A stretch of DNA of 64,000 nucleotides from a virus. How positions within the stretch are numbered: the stretch's first letter is position 1; each line of letters begins with the position of its first letter. Under the pieces are notes generated by a model. The model was given only the letters and a program-made list of their open reading frames with translations. It ran no database searches and was not told the DNA's origin. The stretch lies in the IMG/VR virus record IMGVR_UViG_3300023179_000012. One strand, written 5' to 3'. Of the stretch, positions 1 through 5,224 are shown in pieces. The position numbers and the translations under genes are program-made.

Positions 1-278
1 ATTCCTTACCATTAATCTTAACATACCAAGTAAAATCCCTCTGGTAAACCCGTACCGGGCTATACTGGTTAATCCTATCCTTAGTGGTAACAGTTTGCCA
101 ACCCCCACTATTAAGGGTATAGGTGCCATCATCCCGAATCTTTACAACGTATGTACTGTGCAACTTAATAGCCACAGTATTATCGCTCAGGATTTCCGCA
201 TAGGTATTATTACCAATCTTTCGGCTATCCTTATTCCGCTTGCCACGAACCATCTTAATCGCTTCGGCGTGTGTCATT
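1..278 (-). CDS. Hypothetical phage protein, truncated by the left window edge (not in ORF track)
   Basis: ATG at 278 preceded by AAGGAG and a sigma70-like promoter; reads MTHAEAIKMVRGKRNKDSRKIGNNTY...GGWQTVTTKDRINQY... with no stop before position 1. Confidence 0.7.
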
Positions 279-306
279 TTCTTTTCTCCTTACTTCTATT
301 ATCGGT

Positions 307-335
307 ATTTTACAGGCTAAACTTGAGAAAGTCAA
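307..335 (-). promoter_or_regulatory. sigma70-like promoter
   Basis: TTGACT-17 bp-TAAAAT on the minus strand, followed by a purine-rich leader with AAGGAG and the ATG at 278. Confidence 0.7.
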
Positions 336-378
336 GAAAATAATCCTGTGCCAAATGCGAATATTTTTTAGAATGTCC

Positions 379-456
379 TAAGTCCTTATGGGGCAAGTAC
401 TTACGCAAAAATCGCCACGGCCCCCGCGTCATAAGTCTTTACGCGGAAAGGCTTTA
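379..456. repeat. Paired 25-bp palindrome element, copy 1
   Basis: TAAGTCCTT-ATGGGGC-AAGTACTTA (379-403), 28-bp spacer, TAAGTCTTT-ACGCGGA-AAGGCTTTA (432-456). Confidence 0.9.
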
Positions 457-458
457 TG

Positions 459-740
459 TCAACTGTTCAACTGTTCAGCCATAACTTTACCCGGCTTGAA
501 TCGCACCACACGCCGCTGTCCGATCATCACGGCTTCGCCCGTGCGAGGATTGCGGGCCTTGCGAGGTGCGGTCACCTTTACGGTGAACACCCCGAAGTTT
601 CGCAGTTCGATGCGTCCAGTTTCGACCAGCGTTGCTATCATATTGTCCAGAGTAGCCTGCACGATCTCGCGTGCCTGCTGACCCGTAACGCCAACCCGCT
701 CCGCAACCTGTTCGACCATACCACGCTTCGTTCCGATCAT
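459..740 (-). CDS. IHF/HU-family DNA-bending protein
   Basis: 93 aa with GRIELRNFGVF, PRKARNPRTGE and VRFKPGK, the signature motifs of the HU/IHF family; SD GGAG upstream. Confidence 0.95.
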   Translation of the reverse strand: MIGTKRGMVEQVAERVGVTGQQAREIVQATLDNMIATLVETGRIELRNFGVFTVKVTAPRKARNPRTGEAVMIGQRRVVRFKPGKVMAEQLNS

Positions 741-766
741 TTCACTTTCTCCGTTGTGATGTTTCT

Positions 767-794
767 ATTCTACAGCCACTATTCTAAAAATCAA
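767..794 (-). promoter_or_regulatory. sigma70-like promoter of the IHF/HU gene
   Basis: TTGATT-16 bp-TAGAAT; the -35 box overlaps the stop codon of the upstream gene. Confidence 0.55.
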
Positions 795-967
795 GAGCAA
801 AAATCTGCTGGCTCGGGATACATTTCTTCCCACAACCCAGTCACTTCGGCATAATCAAACGGGTCGCAATCAACCTCGTCGATAGGTTCGACCATAGGCT
901 CGATCATACCATCGTCAGCGAGTTGAGAGAGGATAGCGTTGATGGTATCGGTGTCATCGAGGATCAT
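791..967 (-). CDS. Small highly acidic protein, 58 aa (below ORF-track cutoff)
   Basis: MILDDTDTINAILSQLADDGMIEPMVEPIDEVDCDPFDYAEVTGLWEEMYPEPADFCS; SD GGAG and its own promoter at 996-1023. Confidence 0.7.
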   Translation of the reverse strand: MILDDTDTINAILSQLADDGMIEPMVEPIDEVDCDPFDYAEVTGLWEEMYPEPADFCS

Positions 968-995
968 ATCGTTTCTCCGTTGGGGTGATGCGATG

Positions 996-1023
996 ATTCT
1001 ACAGTTATTATCGACAAATGCAA
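996..1023 (-). promoter_or_regulatory. sigma70-like promoter
   Basis: TTGCAT-16 bp-TAGAAT upstream of the ATG at 967. Confidence 0.55.
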
Positions 1024-1098
1024 GCCCACACCTTGAGAATAATCCTATGCCAAACTAAAAATATTTTCTGACACGGTATTTTCTTGGATCATTTTCTC

Positions 1099-1176
1099 TA
1101 AGTGCTTGTGCAGAAAGGACTTAGGAAAAATCCGGCCCGGCGTCCTCGCCGTAAGTCTTTACGGATCAAGGACTTG
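1099..1176. repeat. Paired 25-bp palindrome element, copy 2
   Basis: TAAGTGCTT-GTGCAGA-AAGGACTTA (1099-1123) and TAAGTCTTT-ACGGATC-AAGGACTTG (1152-1176); 53-bp period. Confidence 0.9.
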
Positions 1177-1259
1177 CGTCATTATTTAGATAACACGCAA
1201 TAACATAGGCCAACATAACTAATAATAAATGTAAGTGCAGCAAGCATTATAATATTCCT

Positions 1260-1448
1260 TTATTTGGCGTGAATAAATACGTTTTTACTAGCGGTCTGAT
1301 TTGTTACAGTCACAATCCAGTTTTTTCCGCTACCATCTTCCCGAAGAATACCGTTGATGATACCAACGTGTACATTACCCTTGGGATCAGTAACAGTGCC
1401 ATACTTTCCAGACCGCATAGCACTCATAATCTTATCAAGACTATTCAT
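1260..1448 (-). CDS. Hypothetical protein, 62 aa
   Basis: Co-oriented with neighbours, starts 15 nt after the upstream stop, natural composition with beta-strand pattern. Confidence 0.65.
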   Translation of the reverse strand: MNSLDKIMSAMRSGKYGTVTDPKGNVHVGIINGILREDGSGKNWIVTVTNQTASKNVFIHAK

Positions 1449-1462
1449 TATACTATAACCTT

Positions 1463-1663
1463 TCAGTTAGCGTTAGCAGGCTCAAAAATATCCAGAACAT
1501 TACACTTGTCAACATAGATTGAACGATATCCATGCTCACACTTGACGGTGAGAAGAATACGCTCTCCAAACTGACGCACCCTAGTCACAACGCCGTCAAC
1601 AACCTCTCCGTTGTTATACTCGGCATGAACAGCATAACCAGCCATGGGAACCTTACTCGTCAT
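1463..1663 (-). CDS. Hypothetical protein, 66 aa (SH3/Sm-like beta pattern possible)
   Basis: Purine-rich leader and promoter at 1696-1723; co-oriented with the array. Confidence 0.7.
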   Translation of the reverse strand: MTSKVPMAGYAVHAEYNNGEVVDGVVTRVRQFGERILLTVKCEHGYRSIYVDKCNVLDIFEPANAN

Positions 1664-1695
1664 TCTACCCTTTCTTTCTCTCTTCTATTATCGAC

Positions 1696-1723
1696 ATTAT
1701 ACAGGCGATTCTTTAGGTTGCAA
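1696..1723 (-). promoter_or_regulatory. sigma70-like promoter
   Basis: TTGCAA-16 bp-TATAAT followed by the shared leader GTCGATAATAGAAG. Confidence 0.65.
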
Positions 1724-1786
1724 GCAAAATCTTTGGATTTTTGTGTCAAGATTTTTTGACAAAACTTTTCTGTTTTTCGGTATGGT

Positions 1787-1803
1787 TTGGCATACCGTTT
1801 GCT
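1787..1803 (+). promoter_or_regulatory. sigma54-like -24/-12 motif
   Basis: TTGGCATACCGTTTGCT, GG-N10-GC spacing; starts 31 bp before palindrome copy 3. Confidence 0.55.
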
Positions 1804-1817
1804 GATGCGATTTTCCC

Positions 1818-1895
1818 TAAGTCGTTACGCTGTAAGTACTTACGTCAAATTCGCTGCGCCCATATCGTCGTAAGTCCTTACGCCGTATGGGTTTG
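1818..1895. repeat. Paired 25-bp palindrome element, copy 3
   Basis: TAAGTCGTT-ACGCTGT-AAGTACTTA (1818-1842) and TAAGTCCTT-ACGCCGT-ATGGGTTTG (1871-1895); 53-bp period. Confidence 0.9.
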
Positions 1896-1897
1896 CG

Positions 1898-2083
1898 TCA
1901 ACTCTGTCCCGGATAGATTCTTCCGCTCTTGAGTCGCTGTACAAGCGTATCGTAATCGTCAGTCGTGAACAGCGTATAATAAGCATCCCGCTCCTGCACG
2001 ATCCACTTGCGAGTGTATCCGTTCCACACACTAGCCACGACCACACCGAGAGAGTTAGCCAGAGATACGATTTCAGCATTCAT
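1898..2083 (-). CDS. Hypothetical protein, 61 aa (start moved from 2104 to 2083)
   Basis: MNAEIVSLANSLGVVVASVWNGYTRKW...; the ATG lies 2 nt after the upstream TGA, consistent with translational coupling. Confidence 0.65.
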   Translation of the reverse strand: MNAEIVSLANSLGVVVASVWNGYTRKWIVQERDAYYTLFTTDDYDTLVQRLKSGRIYPGQS

Positions 2084-2085
2084 TT

Positions 2086-2301
2086 TCAAGATACTCCCAT
2101 CCAAGATGCTTTTTCCACACAGTAATCATAGAATATATCGTTCAAAACTTCAAGATGGTTTTTTTCGGTCAAACGACGACGAGCAAGGATAGCATCGCAC
2201 TCTGCGAAAAACTTACCCGTGGACACTTCATATACAATCGTACACGCATACGATTCGCTTCCCCAAATCCTAGCCTTAACATCAACGAACTTCTTCAACA
2301 T
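2086..2301 (-). CDS. Hypothetical protein, 71 aa
   Basis: SD GAGGAG, promoter at 2335-2363, shared leader. Confidence 0.7.
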   Translation of the reverse strand: MLKKFVDVKARIWGSESYACTIVYEVSTGKFFAECDAILARRRLTEKNHLEVLNDIFYDYCVEKASWMGVS

Positions 2302-2334
2302 CTGTTTTCTCCTCTTCTCTCTTCTATTATCGAC

Positions 2335-2363
2335 ATTCTATCAGACTTTCTTCAACATTTCAA
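2335..2363 (-). promoter_or_regulatory. sigma70-like promoter with extended -10
   Basis: TTGAAA-17 bp-(TGA)TAGAAT followed by the leader GTCGATAATAGAAG. Confidence 0.7.
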
Positions 2364-2387
2364 GAGGGCAAAAAAGATTTTTGTAGC

Positions 2388-2404
2388 AGCAAATATCGTG
2401 CCAA
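2388..2404 (-). promoter_or_regulatory. sigma54-like -24/-12 motif
   Basis: Minus strand reads TTGGCACGATATTTGCT, a near-perfect match to the established YTGGCACGRNNNTTGCW consensus. Confidence 0.6.
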
Positions 2405-2407
2405 TCA

Positions 2408-2485
2408 TAAGTCGTTGTCTGATAAGCACTTAGGCACAAGTCGTGCCGCCGAGTTCGACGCAAGTCCTTACGCCACAAGGATTTA
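2408..2485. repeat. Paired 25-bp palindrome element, copy 4
   Basis: TAAGTCGTT-GTCTGAT-AAGCACTTA (2408-2432) and CAAGTCCTT-ACGCCAC-AAGGATTTA (2461-2485); 53-bp period. Confidence 0.9.
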
Positions 2486-2540
2486 CGTCGAATTGTTGTA
2501 CAGTAGTGTACAGGCTTATATCCCCATAATAGGGGGCTTA

Positions 2541-2864
2541 TTACCCCTCCCACCCAAAGGGGGATACTTCCTCACCGCAAGCCTGAATAGCGGCATACTG
2601 TTCGATTAGAGCCTCTACACGTTCACGCGATCCAGGTTTGCCAACCTTCACGATCATGGTATCCTCACCACCAACCATGCGAGAATCTACCTTCTCGCTC
2701 TTGCTCTTGCCGATATTCTTCAATGCGGTGCGATTGAACTTCAGCACCTTTTCGCTGCGAATCGTTCCACCATCTGCGTTAGTTTTGTCGCAAGGGATAG
2801 CGATACCAACGAAGCACATACGGGCAACTCGCTCAGCATCACGAACAATCTTAGGCTTTTTCAT
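2541..2864 (-). CDS. Hypothetical basic protein, 107 aa
   Basis: SD AAGGAG, tandem stop codons, co-oriented with the array. Confidence 0.7.
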   Translation of the reverse strand: MKKPKIVRDAERVARMCFVGIAIPCDKTNADGGTIRSEKVLKFNRTALKNIGKSKSEKVDSRMVGGEDTMIVKVGKPGSRERVEALIEQYAAIQACGEEVSPFGWEG

Positions 2865-2924
2865 TTTCTTTCTTTCTCCTTTGGATGATGGATCGTACTA
2901 AACTTTTCCCTGTGACGCAACCCC

Positions 2925-3173
2925 TCAAATGAGGGACGCTTCGCGCTCCTTGCGAAACTTGATGGCGTACAGTTCGTCCACAACAACGCGAACCACGGTA
3001 TCCATGCTGACACTCTTGTGGGTATAGTATCCACAATGGATAGCGAACAGGCTATACGTACCGGGAACACCGGATGGTATCGACCCCACACTGTGGGGGT
3101 GAAGGGTAAAACCCGCATTGTAAGCGTAACGGCGAATACTCTTGCGAATCGTTTCAATTTTTGGGATTCTCAT
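2925..3173 (-). CDS. Hypothetical protein, 82 aa (start moved from 3263 to 3173)
   Basis: MRIPKIETIRKSIRRYAY...; a promoter (3199-3226) and GA-rich leader lie inside the longer track ORF. Confidence 0.65.
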   Translation of the reverse strand: MRIPKIETIRKSIRRYAYNAGFTLHPHSVGSIPSGVPGTYSLFAIHCGYYTHKSVSMDTVVRVVVDELYAIKFRKEREASLI

Positions 3174-3198
3174 CTCTATCTCTCTTTCTCTTTCCAGT

Positions 3199-3226
3199 AT
3201 TATACCAAACTTTTTCGACAGCACAA
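3199..3226 (-). promoter_or_regulatory. sigma70-like promoter with extended -10
   Basis: TTGTGC-16 bp-(TGG)TATAAT. Confidence 0.55.
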
Positions 3227-3241
3227 CCCCCACAACGGGGG

Positions 3242-3418
3242 TCACCATCCGTTTCTCCGACACTCATCGGCCCAATCCCGATCCTCTTGACGGGTACGAT
3301 CATTATACCCGTATCCACCATAGGTAAGGTAGTTATCCTTCATGGCATCGTATCCATCATCCGAATCGTGAACATCGTCAAAATCTTCGTAATCGTACAG
3401 GGGGTCAGGGCAACTCAT
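3242..3418 (-). CDS. Small acidic, Tyr-rich protein, 58 aa (below ORF-track cutoff)
   Basis: MSCPDPLYDYEDFDDVHDSDDGYDAMKDNYLTYGGYGYNDRTRQEDRDWADECRRNGW; GA-rich leader, with a sigma54-like motif 31 nt upstream. Confidence 0.65.
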   Translation of the reverse strand: MSCPDPLYDYEDFDDVHDSDDGYDAMKDNYLTYGGYGYNDRTRQEDRDWADECRRNGW

Positions 3419-3449
3419 TTTTCACTCTCTCTTTCTTACCTCTATATAG

Positions 3450-3466
3450 TGCATGTTCTGTGCCAA
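3450..3466 (-). promoter_or_regulatory. sigma54-like -24/-12 motif upstream of the 3418 start
   Basis: TTGGCACAGAACATGCA, GG-N10-GC; the predicted +1 near 3439 leaves a ~20-nt leader. Confidence 0.45.
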
Positions 3467-3571
3467 AAGTCGAAAAATATTTTTGTGCGACTTTCTCGAC
3501 GATTTCCGCAGGCTGTCACCTTGGCACTATGTCATATTGGCAAAGTCTGCCATTTTTGGCTGCCGTATTGT

Positions 3572-3588
3572 TTGGCACGATATCTGCT
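3572..3588 (+). promoter_or_regulatory. sigma54-like -24/-12 motif
   Basis: TTGGCACGATATCTGCT; starts 31 bp before palindrome copy 5. Confidence 0.55.
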
Positions 3589-3602
3589 GTGGTCATTTGA
3601 TC

Positions 3603-3680
3603 TAAGTCGTTATGCCACAAGTACTTACGTCGAATCCGCGGCCGCGAATTTTTCGTAAGTCCTTACGCCGTAAGGGTTTG
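3603..3680. repeat. Paired 25-bp palindrome element, copy 5
   Basis: TAAGTCGTT-ATGCCAC-AAGTACTTA (3603-3627) and TAAGTCCTT-ACGCCGT-AAGGGTTTG (3656-3680); 53-bp period. Confidence 0.9.
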
Positions 3681-3807
3681 CATCAAGTCGTTGTACAGTA
3701 GTGTACAGGCGTACACCCCACTACAGTGGGGATGCACAAGCGTACACTGAGCCGAATGGTACGTTATGCTGATTAGCATATACTGAACGAGCATCCGCCC
3801 AATCCTT

Positions 3808-3824
3808 AGCAAGTACCATGCCAA
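3808..3824 (-). promoter_or_regulatory. sigma54-like -24/-12 motif
   Basis: Minus strand reads TTGGCATGGTACTTGCT; no ORF follows directly. Confidence 0.55.
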
Positions 3825-3869
3825 GGTAGAAATCATTTTCCGAATTGTAGATATAGTAGGTTTTCATGA

Positions 3870-4019
3870 TTAGGAGATCAGTTCCATATCCTCATTGTAG
3901 CACTCGTACTCATCTCCGTCAATCTCTACGTGCCACACATCACCCTCATCGAAATGCCAGCGAATGATTCGACCAATCTTTCCGTCAACCTTCACCTTAT
4001 CACCAAGAGCAAACTGCAT
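3870..4019 (-). CDS. Small protein, 49 aa, SH3-like beta pattern (below ORF-track cutoff)
   Basis: MQFALGDKVKVDGKIGRIIRWHFDEGDVWHVEIDGDEYECYNEDMELIS; SD AAGGAG, extended -10 TGATAGAAT (-10 at 4048-4053), leader nearly identical to that of the 278 gene. Confidence 0.7.
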   Translation of the reverse strand: MQFALGDKVKVDGKIGRIIRWHFDEGDVWHVEIDGDEYECYNEDMELIS

Positions 4020-4081
4020 TTTCTTTCTCCTTACTTCTTATATCGGTATTCTATCAAATATTTTTTAGATTATCTACCCCC

Positions 4082-4306
4082 TTATCGGGGGATCGTAATC
4101 AGATCACCAAAATGTGAGAACGTCAACTTGAGAACCCTATTCGGATATTTCTCATCGATATACTTCTGTGCAGTGCTTTTCCGATTATCGGTAGCACTCA
4201 CACCCTGTACAACTGTACCGTTCTCATCAATCACCTTCCAAACCTTCTTTTGAACGATACGCGGAAGGCTTTGGATGAAATCGTTGATATGAGTAACCTT
4301 TTCCAT
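4082..4306 (-). CDS. Hypothetical protein, 74 aa (start moved from 4507 to 4306)
   Basis: MEKVTHINDFIQSLPRIV...; the promoter at 4350-4377 and a GA-rich leader lie inside the longer track ORF. Confidence 0.65.
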   Translation of the reverse strand: MEKVTHINDFIQSLPRIVQKKVWKVIDENGTVVQGVSATDNRKSTAQKYIDEKYPNRVLKLTFSHFGDLITIPR

Positions 4307-4349
4307 TTTTCTTTCTCTCTTTCTTTCTTCTCTTTTCTCTTGTGCTTTC

Positions 4350-4377
4350 ATTATACAGTATATATCGGCCATTGCAA
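4350..4377 (-). promoter_or_regulatory. sigma70-like promoter
   Basis: TTGCAA-16 bp-TATAAT. Confidence 0.65.
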
Positions 4378-4431
4378 GCGAAATCTTTTGAAAAAATAAA
4401 AAATAATTCTGTGCCAAATCAAAAAAACTTT

Positions 4432-4448
4432 TTGGTATACCGTTTGCT
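4432..4448 (+). promoter_or_regulatory. sigma54-like -24/-12 motif
   Basis: TTGGTATACCGTTTGCT, one mismatch from the 1787 copy; starts 31 bp before palindrome copy 6. Confidence 0.5.
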
Positions 4449-4462
4449 CTCTCGATTTCTTC

Positions 4463-4540
4463 TAAACCCTTATACCACAAGCACTTACACGCTCTTCGGC
4501 GTGACAAACAAGACGTAAGTCCTTATAATATCAGCACTTA
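4463..4540. repeat. Paired 25-bp palindrome element, copy 6
   Basis: TAAACCCTT-ATACCAC-AAGCACTTA (4463-4487) and TAAGTCCTT-ATAATAT-CAGCACTTA (4516-4540); 53-bp period. Confidence 0.9.
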
Positions 4541-4669
4541 GAGAGAGGGGGTTTTTCTGTTTCTTCTCCAGTCTCAAAACCTCTGACCCTAAACCCGCGG
4601 TGGTCCAAACATAGTAAGCAAACCATATATAATTGGCCAGTTTAATGACAAGTTTCCCCATTATTAAAT

Positions 4670-4710
4670 AAAAAAACAGGCACCAATTATGAGTTGATGC
4701 CCGTTTCTTT
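4670..4710 (-). terminator. Intrinsic terminator after the 4733-4957 gene
   Basis: Minus strand AAACGGGCATCAA-CTCATAA-TTGGTGCCTGTTT followed by a T-run. Confidence 0.75.
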
Positions 4711-4732
4711 AGTATTCTACAGATTCTTTACT

Positions 4733-4957
4733 TCAAACGTCCGAAACCGACTCGACCTTTGGAGCTGATGGTCTACGACCTCTTGGCTTGGCAATTGACA
4801 ACTTTCGCCTCTGACGTCTAACCATTCCCACAGTAATTTGTCGGCTACCATCAATCTTGTTTAAATAAGTGGCAATTTCCTCGTCCTTCATATTTTTGCT
4901 GTTATTAGCAATAAAGTCTGTTTCTTCTTTTGTCCACTTTTTATAAGTTTTTGACAT
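4733..4957 (-). CDS. Small HTH/Myb-like DNA-binding protein, 74 aa
   Basis: KKWTKEETDFI...KDEEIATYL...ITVGMVRRQRRKL; GGAGG SD before the ATG at 4957; divergent from the late region. Confidence 0.6.
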   Translation of the reverse strand: MSKTYKKWTKEETDFIANNSKNMKDEEIATYLNKIDGSRQITVGMVRRQRRKLSIAKPRGRRPSAPKVESVSDV

Positions 4958-5011
4958 TTTATCCTCCTGCATAAGTTGCTTATTGTGTATCAAACATCTA
5001 TAATAGTATAA

Positions 5012-5224
5012 ATGTCACAAAATTCTGGTCAAGGTAAACCCATGAAAAATTCTAAAAACATACATACAATATCATCAACTTTAAAAACAGTTGCTAGCGA
5101 AAACCTTGTAACAGAAGCAGAGTTACAAAACCTAGACGATAAACCGCTAGAGGAACTACTTAATGAGCAAAAACAAGAAAACGCCCAAGAAAAAGACCAA
5201 TTTACCCAACAACATAACGGATGA
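5012..5224 (+). CDS. Possible small acidic protein (uncertain)
   Basis: Downstream of a GTGTAT motif at 4985, but overlaps the next gene by 62 nt and has no recognisable motif. Confidence 0.3.
   Translation: MSQNSGQGKPMKNSKNIHTISSTLKTVASENLVTEAELQNLDDKPLEELLNEQKQENAQEKDQFTQQHNG

Noticed and set aside
379-1818. Near-equal 720/719-bp spacing of the first three elements
   Set aside because: The other intervals are 590, 1195 and 860 bp, so it is probably coincidence
95-4253. Plus-strand ORFs of the track in the left region (e.g. 388-681, 456-854, 3161-3658, 3930-4253) and minus ORFs 1840-2079, 2341-2553, 2861-3157
   Set aside because: They are antisense or out-of-frame shadows of genes that have SD and promoter support, or they run through the repeats
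4307-4507. N-terminal extension of the 4082-4507 ORF (and of 2925-3263)
   Set aside because: The extension spans a promoter, a GA-rich leader and a repeat; the downstream ATG fits better
379-4540. Repeat-spacer-repeat units read as CRISPR mini-arrays or TIGR-like guide arrays
   Set aside because: The 25-bp units differ at many positions within each pair, the N7 cores share an RYGCCRY bias instead of being free guides, and no cas or tas gene or box C/D motif is visible. Not fully excluded if the units prove to be transcribed and processed.
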